64,000 bases of DNA from Ginglymostoma cirratum (lineage: Eukaryota): positions 26,770,044 to 26,834,043 of the forward strand of contig JAHRHZ010000098.1 in NCBI GenBank assembly GCA_024137785.1. Reading direction: 5' to 3'. The translations under genes were made by a program, and so were the position numbers. Each line of letters opens with the position of its first letter. The first letter of the stretch is position 1. Positions 37,801 to 52,800 of the stretch are shown here, piece after piece. Under the pieces are notes generated by a model. It did no database searches. It had not been told where the DNA came from and saw nothing but the letters and a program-made list of their open reading frames with translations.

Positions 37801-40800
37801 GAACTGTGGATGCTGGAAATCAGAAACGAGAACAAAAATTGCTGGAAAATCTCAGCAGGTCTGGCAGCATCTGTGAAGAGAAATCAGAGTTAACATTTCA
37901 GGTCCAGTGCCCTATCTCAGAACCCATAGTTCCTACAGACTCAAAATATTAACTCTGATTTCTCTCCACAGATGCTGCCAGACCTGCTGAGATTTTCCAG
38001 AATTATTTGCTTTTGCATTACTCTGTGATTTTTCAGCAGCTACACATCACAGCTACACAAGGAAAAAATGCTTGCTATGGCCAATGGTTTTGTTCATTGC
38101 TTAAAGAGTAGAGTCATAGCGTCATAGAGATGTACAGCACAAAAACAGACCCTTCGGTCTAACACGTCCATGTCAACCAGATATCCTATATAAATCTAGT
38201 CCCATTTGCCAGCATTTGTCCCATATCCTTCTAAACCCTTCCTATTCATATACCCATCCAAATGCCTTTTAAATGTTGTAATTGTACCCACCTCCACCAC
38301 TTCCACTGGCAACTTATTCCATACATGCACCACCTTCTATGTGAAAAATTTGCCCCTTAGGTCCCTTATAAATCTTTCCCCTCTCACCTTACACCTATGC
38401 CCTCTAGTTTTGGAGTACTTTCCAAATTGTGCGATAGTTCTCAGTTTATGTTCACACAAAGGATTGCAAAAGCAAAAGCAAATGCAACACTAACTACACT
38501 AGCCTTTACCTTCCTCCTTGCACCAGTCCATTCATTAAATTTAGAGGTAAACTACATGTAACTTAGATAATGCACCGACTAAGGCAGACATGCCCTTACT
38601 ATAGTCCCGGTAATGATGTCTATGAAATTTTCTTCAACAGCTGTAATAACCTGTCTGGTTCATTAATGCCATTTTAGCCCGGAAATCTGCTGTCCTCACA
38701 CATTCTAGCCCATTCACATTAATTGTTCTCTTAACTGTTCTCTTTAAGGGAAATTAGGGATATGTAACAAATGCTGGTCTTTGCTAACAACATTCACATC
38801 CCATGGAAGAAATATTTTTTGAAAATAAGGTTAATTGTGCTTTTATGCAAAACCCTTCAGGATAAGCTTTTCCTGAGGACGTAGTCTATTCAAAAGAAGA
38901 CTGCAATTGGAAAATGGTCACAGTATCACATGCACCAGCAACAAGTCGAGATTCAGTTATTTTCCGTAATAAAGAAAGAACTTGCATTCTGATGCAGTCA
39001 TATATTTGTAGACAAATGCAGCACCTAATTTGCGCACAGCAAAATCCTGTAGACGGCAAATAGGATAATTTTTTGGCTAATCTACTTTGCTTTTTTTGCC
39101 GAGGAACTCACGCTGGCCATGATTTGGGGAAATTTTGAAATGGTATCTGTCAACTTAGCAGACAAGGACAGAAACAATAGTGACAATACTGCACTGTTAC
39201 TGCACTGATGTGCCAGCTTAGCTTATATGTTGAAGAAGAGCATGAGATCATAACATCTAACTTGAAGGCAAGAACGTTACTATTTCAACATGCTGATGAT
39301 TTTTGAAAATTCTGGATTATTACTACTCTTCTGTACTGACATCTGAATGCTTTCCAGAAGATTATTCTCATGTAAAATGTGGGGTTTGTAGAAAGAATGC
39401 AATGCTGAGTACCCCTATATAAGATCAACAATTATAGTGTTCAGTCATTTCATAGAATTCACCCTATCAACAAGAGTGCTTTACACAATCTGAATATTCA
39501 ACTCAGTTGCAATGTGAATGAGTAGTGAATGAAAAACCAATAGCTCAAACATTATTCAAGAATTCAGACTTTGCTCACATTTTTCCGTAACCTAGCAACG
39601 CCTGCATTTTCTTCTTTTAAAAAAAGACATACTGCGTTTACTGCTCTTCACAAACCTAGAAATAACCTCTGATACCTAATACACACTCTCCCATCTACCA
39701 CAGCCATTGAACAGATGTTATGTTCTCCCCCACCCCCACCCTCAGCTAACCTCTGCAAACACTGGACTCCCTTACCATAATTTTCTGTTGCACTCTCTCC
39801 ATCCTCCATTAAACTTTTTCTTCTGTCACTTCTACGCATTTTCTCCTTCAAGAGTTTTGTAAACTGCGTGTGCCTAAAGTATGAAAAACAGCTGAACGTA
39901 ACACGAGCAGAGATCGTAAGTTGGTGGTTAGCAGCAGCAGCACCATCAATAATACAGAATATGGGCTTGCTTTTTGTATGTTCAAGAAACAAAATGTCCC
40001 GTTAGGATTTCAAATGTATAAGTTTGGCGCACTGGAGTTGCAAAGCAATGCACTGCGCAGCAACAGGTCACACAAATATATCTTCACATGGCACATCTGT
40101 ACCATATACAATATTCATATATTTGTACCTCATGATAGTTTAAATACAAATACAATTAAAAATATAATAGAAAAGAAAACAGATTTCAAAGAGGATTGTA
40201 AATTTTAAGTCACATCTTCCAAGTCTGTGCTCCCAGTCTATGCTTACTTACATCTACTCAATCCAATCTAAATTTGGGGAAGATTAATCTCACTACAACT
40301 TTATCCACTATCTGCCCTCAGGTTTACCTAAAGACGATTATAACAATACAGAACATATGTTCCAATATGCAGCATCGTCCAAACATCACTTTTGTGTTGC
40401 GGCCACTTCATGATCTTTCCAGACTAAACTGGTTCATCATATTCAGCTTTTAATTTCAGGTATAAAGTCATTGACTGGAATAGGACAGGGACTTTCCCAT
40501 GTGGAGGATACAGGGGAGAAACAAAGAGCAGGAAAAAGGAAAAGACACGCCGTTAAGGGTTTACATATTCAGCAGAAATACACAACAGAATTGACAACAG
40601 TACAGTACATGCCACAAGGAGAAAACTTAAAGCAAAAAGATATGTTTATGCGCAATGAAATGATAATGCGGCAATTTTTTTAAGGCTTTGTGATGTCCTT
40701 TTTGGAGTTATTTTGACTTTTGTTCCACTAGATCAGTGCAATAGTTTCCTTTGATTTATTTATGGGTTGTGGGCATCTCTGGTTAGGCCAATATTTATTA

Positions 40801-43800
40801 TCTATCTCTATTTGCCCTTTGAATTGAATAGCTCACTCAGCCATTTCAGAGGGCACATTGTTCTAAGTCTGGAGCCATGTGTAGATCAGATGAGGTAAGG
40901 ATGACAGATTTCCTTCCCTAAAGGACATTAGTGAATCAGATTTTTGTTTTTGTACAACAATGCATCCCCCAGCATTTGTTATAGACTGAGGTAAAACAGC
41001 CATTTGTGGCCCTGCACACCAGGTCAGCTAATGCCATTGAGGTCAGTCAGACATAGTCCTCCACAGAATACAAGATATTTACAGAAAAAATAGGAGATTA
41101 GATTTTTGAAATGGAATGGCTATAGTTAGCAAGAATTCTTAAAAAAAATTGATAAGAAAACATATGAGAGCCATCCCCCTCCAAAAAGGGTGATTATTAC
41201 CATGTCATTTAAAAATTTACAAACTGAAGTTGATAGATTATTGTTTGGCAAAGGTATAAGAGTTTATGAAACCAAGCCAGGTAGATAGAGCTAAGATACA
41301 GATCAGTTACTGTCCTCTTGAACAGCAGGTGAGACTTGAAAGACTGAAAGGCCCACTCCTGTTCGAAAGTTCTTTTTTTGGCAAAGATAACGTTACATAG
41401 AAATGAGGAGGAAGTCGCCTCGAATTGGTGAGATGGAGCATAGAAATTAAAGGGTAGGGATGAAAGAAAGATTCTCAAGCTGGAAGGAGATGTTTCACAG
41501 GGCTTAAATTTGGCCTTTTTTTCATACTATCTGTGCCTAAATAATTTGGACTATGACTCATAGGTACAGTAAATTGAACATTGACCAGCATTGATTACAA
41601 CAAAATGGTTTGAGGACTATGAAAGATTGCAGGAACACACTAATAGATTTGTGTGAAGGTGGCAGTTCAACATGGAAAATGTAAAATAGTATTAAACGGT
41701 CAAGTTTAAAATGAAAGATCAGAAAAGCTTGTTAATTGTTGAGTGCAAATAAGTAAGTAAACTAAAAGAAAACAAATCATTGAAAAATATTTCAAATATA
41801 TTGCAAGGGATGGAACAGGATGGGAGTAGGATATGTGGTTTATGCAGAGAACACACCAAAACGAACTGAATTGACTTAAAGACCTGATTCTGTGCTGAAA
41901 TATTCTATAATCTTCTATACATCACTACAAATTACATCAGACAAAACATTACTTATGTTGGACGAAATTCTCCACTAGCTCCGGCCGTAGACAGCACAAC
42001 TTATGCCGATGTTCCTTTGGGTATCCTAATCTTTGACATTCCTCATGCAACTCTTCACCAATCATTGGCAGGAAGTTCAGATCCGAGGGGAATGTGCGGA
42101 AAAGATCCAGAATGTAACGTCTCCCATCATTGCCCACAATTCCTTTGCAATCCACAGAAGAGCACAGGAGCATGGGCTGTTCTAAATTATTCAGGACGAG
42201 GTGCTTCTGAATCCGAAGGGGTCTGGAGGTCTGAAGCAATATGTTGATGAACTCATGATTAGAAATAACAGTCTTCCCAAAATCTACCAATCCATAAACC
42301 ACGTTCTGATCTTGCTCCTGTTCCAGAATTCCAGGGATAATGGACTGTGCAATTATCCGATAGCCCCGGTAATCCACTATTACCGTCCCTAGTACATGCA
42401 GACCAGCCACATCCAAGTTACTATAAGCTTGGATCCCTTTCAAGTCATTGCTGGATGCAACATAAGCAGCATGATCCCCACCAGATTCTTTGTAGTTGTC
42501 CCGGATGTCGAATCCAAAGCTGAAGAAAATGTTGTTCCAGATGAACATCTGCATTTTGGTATAGTCTCCTGGGTTGATGGCCATGATGTTCCCATCGACA
42601 ACTGCCATTGCACCACGGGTGGCGGCTGCAACAAAGTCACTGTTCACCTAGTCAGAAACAAAAATGGCGTCTTAATTGGTTACTCTGTTTCAGGATGTGT
42701 CTGACTGAAGGATAGTCTTTAATGCACTAAAAGCCAACTGTTTTTGCACACAGTCCAGATACTATTTCAGGAAAAGCCATCAGAACTTCCCAGATTTCTA
42801 AGGTGGCAGTGAAAATGTCCTCAAATGGGTTTTAGGCAGGCTGCTCAGTGGTGGCTGACCCCATTGAATATTTCCTGGGCGGTAGTTTAAATAATATTGG
42901 TGAGAGGATACATTACAGACAGCCTAAAAAGTTTGGGAAGCGGGCAAGTGAAAAGTCAGAATATCTTGAACGAAAAGGGCTATGTGTATTTGAAGGACAC
43001 AGCAGGCTTTTGCAAGAGGGAACCCAAAATATCTGGAGCTAAGGAAAGGAAAAGGGAAGTATCTAGTTTTCCTGATGCTGATGTGAAAGCACAGCCAACC
43101 ACGGCCATTAAAAAAAAGAGAGGATGGCAATGTTAAAGTGCCTATGAAGAAACTATTTAGCAAGACAGTCCATTTGAAAGCAGATGGTTATGTGTAGGAC
43201 TTCATAACCCAAAGTGCTCACATAATATCGCACTTCTCTCTCTTCCCACACCACCCCTCCATACACACGTATGCACACATGCACACATTCCCTGCCAGGG
43301 AAAGGGTTGTGTGAGCTCAATGACTCAGCAAAGTTAAAGGTAATTTTAGGTGGTCAACAGGGCCAATAATGGGATTGTAGAGAAACATGTGGCTACATCC
43401 TAGAGACATCATCATTTCATGTGGGACTACCAAAACAGCATTATACTCATTCTCCAGGTGCAAAATTATATGGCACTGGTCATACTGTGACTCACATCCT
43501 GAAAAGTATGCCAGTGTACAGAAATTTCACATCTTAAATCATTGCTCTACTGAACCTATCCTTCCTATCAGCCACTCATGTTTCTGTAAGATTGATGGAA
43601 GATCTGTGAATTGTAGCAAGTAATTTACACGTATTCCTCCTGCAGAAGCAGACATTGCACAAGTTCCCCCTGCTCCAGAGATTTGTCTTAACATCAAGAA
43701 GGATGAGAGGTGACTTGATAGAAGTGTACAAGATGTACAAGATGATGAGAGGCACAGATAGAGTGGATAGTCAGAGACTCTTTCCCAGGGTGGAAGTGAC

Positions 43801-46800
43801 TATTACGAGGGGGCATAATTTTAAGGTGATTGGAGGAAAGTATAGGGGAGATGTCAGAGGTAGGTTCTTCACACAGAGAGTGGTGGGTGTTTGGAATACG
43901 CTGCTGGCAGTGGTCATGGAGTCAGATACTTTAGAGACTTTTAAGCGACTCTTGGACAGGCACATGGAGGACAGTGAAATGTAGGGTATGCAGGGTAGAT
44001 TGATCTCAGTAGTATAGTAGGTCAGCACAACATCGTGGGCCAAAAGGCTGTACTGTGCTGTACTGTTCTATATTCTATGTTCTATATCATTGAATTGGTT
44101 AATTATTGCTGGGAGGGTCAGAGTGCTGGGAAAAATGTGCCAACACTAAACACTCAACTGTAATTGCTAGAACTGATTCCAACTCTTACCTGACAGTTGA
44201 AGATGGGAATGGAAGAGATACATTGTGCATTTGTAATGATGTACACATTTTGGATAATTATACTGTGTTTTTCTGAGTTTCTTTAATGGAAAAAATGCAT
44301 AATGCTGCTCAAGCACAATAAAGTTAACTGTGCTTTCTCTCCCTTTGGAAACTGCAAAGATACATCAGAAAAGAACATGTCCTTTCAATTTCTTCTGTTC
44401 ATTGTTTTGCAGTCATACACTCACCCACTCCATCATTCATCATTTCCCTTATATTCAGCAGCCCAGAGCAACTCAAGAAATACAGACAACACTGAGAAAA
44501 TTGACAAATTGGGAGACCCAGAGCATAAAAGATGGAGGGAGAGGTAGTTACAGTTAAGTGAAAGGGCAGGACATGTTAGCCACTAACTGCAGAGCAAATG
44601 TATGATGATTTCTACCATGAAGAGAAGGGTTCTAATAGACAGAAACAAAACTTCTGTGCAGTCTTAAGATGTGAAGCAAATGTCTAGGACTTCCCTCCTT
44701 TGCTCCAAAATGGAAAAGGGATTCAACAAAGTTCAGGCTGGCAAGAAGAAAGCGACAGCCAAAGAAAAAACTGCAAAGCTTCCCCAGAGGATTACAGATC
44801 CTAACAAGTCAATCAATTCAACAAGGAGATTCCGAATATAGGTCTGCAGCTCTTGATAGACCGTACAGCTAGAATATTTTGTATCCTTTCTCGGGAATAT
44901 ATATCATTCTGATCTCATGAGATCTGTTCCTCCATTGACCATGGGTTACCAGAATCTTGTTCCCATGACACATAGCCTGTCCTGCATTTATCTCAGGACT
45001 TGGGTGTTTGATGAGAAAGGTAACCTCCATCCTCAGAGGCACAGCCATGCATATCTCAGCCTACACAGCACACTGGATGGACAGGTTCTCCTCTGTGCAA
45101 CTGGATTAATCTGACTTCACTCTCGCCTTTCTCCTTTCCAGGACACAGTCATGTAAAGTAGTATTGTCAATCAGAAATCCACTGTGCAACCTTCAAATCA
45201 GAGTTCAGTAATGGTCTACAGATGAATGTGATTTAAAAGTAATGCAGAATTTATGAGAAGACTTTGAGAAGTGAAGAGTAAAACACTCTTTTCCAGTATC
45301 TGCAATGAACTCCATGTTATGGCCACAAATCCCAATAAGCAATCCTCAGCCAGTTCCCCTTAATCTTGTACTTGCACTTCAATGAACAGGCCCTTGAAAA
45401 GTGTGCACTTTAAATAGCGGCACACGTACTTAAGGTGACAGTACGGCAGAAAGTAATGCGAACAAGTATGGGTGTATGTATATGTCACTGAAAGAGTAGG
45501 GTGGCTTCACAGAACTCCACTACACATTAGTCCCAACACAAATTTTTGGTCGTCAGAGGTATAGTTACTGACTTCAACCCTCTCGCAATCTAATAATCAC
45601 ATTGCCCCAGTTGATTTGTATTTAATTCCCATCAAATTCCAAAAGATTCTTCAAATCAACCACTAGCAAGAACTCTTTCATCATACTTTGAGGCTACCAT
45701 TCTTAGCCCCATTACTGTGGAAGCCAACGAAGCCCTAATGTTTCATTGAAGAAACAGAGGATAAATCTCTCCCTTTGGATAAGATTCACCTGTTGCTGCT
45801 CTCACAGTATTAACTTTGTGAGGACTTGCTGTGAAAAGCTCGTGAGAACAGAAGTTTGTATACCTCACCTTAAACATGGTCTGCTTCCTCAATAACCGCT
45901 GCATCATATCTTGACAGGGCATCTCCCGTGCCATCTGCAACTCTTCATTCCAGTCCCGGGGCTTTATTGAAACAAGAGGCAGCAAATCATCCAATTTTTA
46001 CAAAACTGCTGAGTAATCATAAAGGTACTACTCAAAATGTAATGTTTCAATTTATTGAGTTATTAAAACACTATTAAAAATGTTTTGAAGTGAATTGTCA
46101 AATCTTTGGTATCCCAAAGCTCAATGAGTAAATGTACTGTTTACTCATGCAGACTAATAGTGATTCCAGGTTGAAAGAATACAAAGCAATATTTGACAGT
46201 AGGATATCCAGATGTTTGAGTAGTATGTCCAATTTTGCAATGTCCATAAGATGCAAGAAAGGCTCATAGAATGCCAACCAAAATTAAAATCTTCTGAAGA
46301 TGGTCTTGAAGAGTTCAAATTATTTACATGGGAGAAATGAAGGTCGAGAGATGGGTGTAATTTCTTTTTCATGAAGAGATTAGGTTCAAACCATTAAGAT
46401 AAATTTTTGGAGATAGCGGGGACAGCAGAATGAAGGATGGTGCATAACAGATCCAAGGGCAAAGAAACAAGATAGGCTTCAGGAAGTACTTATTGTGGCA
46501 GAATGTCACTGTCATCTAAAACAAAGTGCTAAACTCAAGGTTGAGTTCTTCTAAACATTCTGAGAAAACAGGACATGATCGATTATAGAGAGAAAATTGC
46601 TAACAGGTTGCTGTTTTGAGGAGTCATGAGCTACCACAATCTCTTGGGAATTTCCATAGTTGTGTTAGGGAGTCAGTTCAAGATGAATCATTTCTTGAGA
46701 TTTTTAGTCTCTCTCTCCAGATCTGGTACAGTTGAATGGGTATACAATGAACAATTTCACATAGTTATCTACATATATAATCTTTATTCATCCTTTTTAA

Positions 46801-49800
46801 CCTTCCAACATTTTGTGCAGAGTTAGTTGATCCCAACAGGATATTGCTGCAGCATTACCACAGTAAATGATTCCGGGCAACACTCTTGCTGGATAGTGAC
46901 TGGCACTGAAAACTGTGAGCATTGGGAAAGTACAAGTACTAGCTGTGATCGTGGCACATTCAGATAGGCTGGTGGATACAACAGGGTAGGTGACACCTGA
47001 GTAACTGCACTCAATGATGCAGCAGTTTCAGGAGAGGAGGAGAAAAAAAATAAATGCACAATTGCTGTTTTGCAGCAAATAACAAATAAAATCTATAACT
47101 CATTTTCTCCAAAGAGATTTTCCAGACACCTCTATGTCACCTTCCCTCATCTCTAGTGCCTGACAAAGATCTCTCGACCAGAACATTACCACCCATTTCT
47201 CACCTGCCCAGTAATATGTTCCTCAAACCCTAGACGGGAAGTATATGCATCCTCAGCCCTCACACAATCAATGGTGTGCTGTTTGTGTGGGATGGTCCAA
47301 CTGTAACTTTGGAATGGTGTGGCAACCCTCTCCAATGGATGGCAATTCACCCTGGAAAACAGAGAATTAAAATCTCAAAAAAAATCACTAAAGCTGTTGC
47401 ATGACCAGAATACTAACTATATCGCACAAAACGTCTAAAATATGATGGCGCAACCGGTATTTGGATACAGTCCAGAATGAATTTAATTGGAGCATGATTA
47501 GAAAAAAACCATTGGCATAAACCCAAAATCAAGTCAATACAACGTCTAGCAATTTCTGAAAGGATCAAGGAAAATTACTCTTGACTGCTACTAAACGTTA
47601 CCACGAAGCCTAAAAAAATGTCTTCCTTGAAAAACTATTACAAATCTAAAAGGACAGGATTTTGCTGGGATCAGTAAATTCAAAGCACAATGACTCTCCA
47701 ATTTTAAATTAACTGGTAATCACACTCGTTAAGGTCACCAAAGTAAAAGTAAGGCAAGTGGAAGAGTTACGTAAAAGATCACTGGAGTAACTTTAATATC
47801 AGGGAGAGATTTAATATCCATTTATGCAGGGATAAAGGGATCATTGCCATTTTGATGTGCGTTAATTTTGTGAAATAAAATAATGATTGTGGGTTCTTTT
47901 ATGAAAACAGAAGGATCATAATTATCTAATCAGATCAGGGATGGGGAACACAGTTGGTTGTTCTTGATGAAAGAAAGCATTAGTTCCAATTTAAACCTAC
48001 ATTTTATAGAGTCAATGAACTTGGCTCCATCACTTTAGAGAGGAACTATGTGCAAGGTAGATACTTCCCAGAAGTGGTAAGTAGGCAAATTAAATCCAGT
48101 CTCAAGTACCAACTCAGTTATATAATTCCAGCAGTTTATGACAAGGGTTGGTTGCTTTCATGATGCATGGAATTGGAGTTGCAATCATGAAAACTGAGTT
48201 TCTGAATGTTAGAAATAAACAAAAGGATCTCTCTAATGTGGATGATACTCTTCACATTCCATACCTTTTCTTCTGCAATATTGCAAAGTTCTTCTTGAAT
48301 ATTGGGCTAATTTGATTCAGAAGATCCAACAGTGAATGACATAGCAGGCTAGGACTGCCTGGTTTTGGATTAAATACATCTGCAGTTGACCTAATTTAGA
48401 ATACAATATGTTAGAAACAGCTTTCATTGCAGGGCTATAGAAAGGAAAAATGTTTGGTATTGTTAATGAAATGTCTTGACAGAGAGCACAAATGGAAAAT
48501 TGTTAAAACACCCAGCAAACAAAGTTTCAACCCATGTAGCAACACCTTCACTTTACAGTGACTTAAATCCAGAGAATTTATACCTCTCTGTCAAAACATT
48601 AAATTCAACTTACCTGATTCTCCTCAGTTTGTGTGTTGTGAACTGTGGAGTCTTCTGAGGTGAATATTCATAAAACCGAGAGCTCATACTTTCACAGCTC
48701 CTAATGGTCTGCAGATTTCTAAGTAAATACTCCTGGTCTGGAAGTCACTCAAACTAAACTTTTCTTCTCTAGAAACATCTTCCCTAAACTGCACTGAAAA
48801 ATATTGCTTTCTCAAATTGCCCTCTTAGAAATTAGGGATGGACAATAAATGCTGGCCTAGCCAGTTCACATCCTGTGAACGAATTAAAGAAAAACACTAT
48901 GTGGACTAACTGGTTTCCTTCCTATTATACTATTTCATGAATGTTTAATAAAACTGAGTGGCTCACTTGACCATTTCTGAGGGTAATTTAGACTTAACCA
49001 CAAAGCTGGAGTGTAGAATCAAGTGTAGCAAACAATGAGGAAGATATTCATAGATTTCAACATACAGAAAGCTTGAAGAATCTGTGTCACATGGCAGGTG
49101 ATCTTCAAAATTGAGAAACATTAAATGATGAATTTTATTAAGAATAGTGAACAGGGAGTGACGCATGTTAAATGGCACAATGGTTGAGAGAGAGAGAGAA
49201 AAAGAAGAGAAAAAGTGAGAGAGAGAAAGACAGAGACAGAAAAAGATCCATAGACACACATAGCACAAAAAAGCCCTTCAACCCATCAAGTCTGCACTGA
49301 CATAATTACCACTAAAAGTGCGCTAATCCCAATTTCCTGCCCTTATCCCATATCCTTGAATGTTATGATATTTGAAGTACTCATCAGAATACTTTTTAAA
49401 GTTTATCAGGTTTCCAGCCTCCACTAACTTCCCAGGCAGTGCATTGCAGATTCCCACCATCTGCTAAGTGAAAAAGTTTTTTCTCCCCAAATCTCTTCTG
49501 AATCTCCTTCCCCTTACTCTAAAACTATGCCCTCTCATAGTTGGCTCTCAATCAAGGGGAACAGCTGCTCTCTATTCACTTTCATCATACCCCTCATAAT
49601 CTTATATACCTCAATCATGTCCCCTCTCAATCTTCTCTGCTCTAAAGAAAACAATCAAAACCTATCCAGTCTCTCCTTATAGGTCAATTTGTCTATCTCA
49701 GACAACATCCTGGTGAACCTCCTCTGTACCTCCTCTAGTGCTATCACGTCCTTCCTGTAGTCAGGGGACCAGAACTGCACACAGTACTGGAACTGTGTCC

Positions 49801-52800
49801 TGACCAATGCTCTATATGACTCTGACATTGCCCTCTTGTTCTTATACTTTATGTCATGACTGATGAAAGCAAGTATCCCATGTACCTTCTTAACTATCCT
49901 ATTCACATGCTCTGCCAACTTCAGGGATCTGTGAATAATTACCCCAAGATCCCTCTGTTCCTTTAAGCCACCCAGTGTCCTGCCATTCATTAAATACTTA
50001 TCAGGGTTAAATACCATCTGTCACTGGTCTGTCCATCTAACCAATCCATCTATATCTTTCTATAACCTACAACCACCTTCTTTGCTATTAACCATTTTAC
50101 CAGTCTTGGTGTTATCTGCAAATTTGCTTAACATTCTCCCCACATTTTCATCTATGTCATTTATGTATATAATAAACAGCGAGAGTCCCAGTACTGATCC
50201 TTGTGGAACACTGCTGGACACCAGCCTCCAGTCACTCAAAAAGCCTTCTACCACAACCTTTTGTGTCCTACAACTAAGCCAGGTTCTGATCCGTCTCACC
50301 AAGTTTCCGTCAACGCCATGTGCTTGAACTTTCTCAATCATGTGGGACCATGTCAAAAGCTGTGCTAAAATCAATATAAACTGCATCAACTGAATTTCCC
50401 TTATCCACACACCTGATCACATTTCCTAAAACCTCTAACAAATTTGTTAGGCATGATCTCCCTCTGATAAAACCATGCTGACTATCTCTAATTACCTCAT
50501 GCCTTTCCACGTGCATATTAATTTACTCCTTTAGAATTTTCTCCAATGAGATCCAAGTGACTGTTACGCTGCTGCTTGTGCTCAAATTTTTGAAAATGAC
50601 ACAGTTAATAATGCATATGGGATTCCTTGTAAAGGAGGGCATAGAGTACAGTCACCAATAAATATGTTATGCTAGACCTGTTTATAACATTGGTTCAACT
50701 TCAGCTGGAATTTTGTTATTTCTGAGCACCATGATTTAGAAGCGTCATGAAGGCTTTGGAGAAATTTACAACAATAAATTTATTGACAAAGTTTTAGGGA
50801 TGAGTGGTTAGTTATGTGGACAGACTCAAGGAGCTGGGATTGTTCTACTCAGAACAGGGAAAACTTAGAGGAGATTTGAAAGAAGTTTTTAAAATCATGA
50901 TGAGTTCAGTGACAGTGATCACAGAGAAACCATTTCCAATGGTTGAAGGACCACTATCCAAACAAACAGGCTTAAGTTTATCGACAAAAGAAGCAAAGGC
51001 AACATGAGGAAAACACCCATCCTTCCTCAACGTCCAAGATCCCAAACACAACTTCTGGGTGAACATTTCATCTGTGCTTCTTTCAATCCAGTCTGCAGCA
51101 TTTGCTGCTCACAGTGCAGTCTCCTTTATGTTGTTGAGATCAAATGCAGACTAGATCACTTTATGAAATACCTCTGCTTTGTCCACAGGAATGACCCTGT
51201 CCTCCCAGTTGCTTGCCATTTCAATAAACCATCTTGCTCCCTTGCTAATATTTCTGTGCTGGGCCTGCTGCAATGTTCTAAAGAAGCACTAATTTCACAA
51301 ATGCTATGCTGCCCTCACACCCACTGTCAGCTCACACTTCTGGCAAGTTACTCCACAAATATCATTTGAGCTGAATGGTGCAGAAAGAAGTCTAAAGAAT
51401 GGCACATGTTGTGGAAACCACCACCCCCCCAGCCCCCACCCCACTCCCAATCCAGTGGGATCAACCTACAAACTGTACTATGAGGATTTGTGCTATGCAC
51501 TGGTTAGGCAATATGTTAGCTGTAAAATTAGGTTGATCAGCTGAAATATCAGAGTAGTGGTGAACCACACTCTGTTATGGGCTCTTCGGTTGCTCTTAGA
51601 GCAGATACACCAACGGGTTGCTGTTCTTGGCCAAAATCCAGCGATTCCCATTAAAAGATACACTTACAAGCACCCATAAAGGGATAAGAATTGATCACTG
51701 CTCTGGTTGGTCGAGCCTGTTGGTTTAGCTGTTCATGAGATATACATACGATACATGTGGGTTAAAAAAGGTGCTGAGTGTTGATAAAAACAAAGACGCT
51801 GGAAATGCTTAGCAGTTTGGGAGCATCTGTGGAGGAAGAAACAGATAATTTTTCAGGTTGATGGCTTTGCAGCACTGTGAAACTGCATCCTCAACAAAGA
51901 ACCAGTACTTTTTGCAAGAAAGGAGTTAAACAAAACACACGACACCAAACGTGAAAACTAATTGAGAGTGAGACAGAATACAAGACCCAACAGGCCCTAC
52001 TTAGTGTGCAGCTGCAGAGAATGGCTGGACACACCCAGGTAACCTCTACTGAAGATTTCAATTTCTGGCCTGTAAGTTCTGCTTTCAAGTATTTGCTGCA
52101 CACCAACAGTATCTAAGCAACCTGCTATCAGTATTTTATTTTTAGTGTCAAAAACCCAGTTGGTTCTTTTTTCCTATTATGCCACTCTGGTGCACAAGAA
52201 AGGTCTGTTCTTATCTATGTCTGATAAAATTGTAATGAGTTTTATGCTTTTTAACCATCTGGAAATACTTAGTGGCTTCGTGTTACAACCAGAGTATCGG
52301 ACTCAAGAGCCTAATTTGTGAAAACTTGAATAAAAAGGCCTTTTGTACTACACGTACTTCATGGAGCAGGCTCAAGGGGCTGTATGGCCTATTCTTGTTC
52401 CTATTTCTTATGGTCTATGTCAGATCCTGAGAGAATTGCTTAAAAAGACTGCTTTCCTGAATTTACCTTGCAAATCATGCCAAGGTTGTCAACCAACAGC
52501 AAGATGCACCACGGGGAATGTTCACACACTGAGGAGCCAACACTTTGCATGTTTACAATATTATGTCAAAATATCAGCCTGTGCCAACTATCATGATGTG
52601 AATCAGCACATTCTCGAAACATTGTGGCATCAGGAAAATGCACATTGGGAGGATAATTAAAACACATGAGCATCATGCAGCTATTAGTTCAGTCAGTGCC
52701 TTCACTGGTGGCTACCATTGCACCGGCAGCAGGAGATGAAATCACAGGAGAAATAAGTGAATCTTGCTGACTTGTAGTTTAACACATTCTGACAGGTTTA

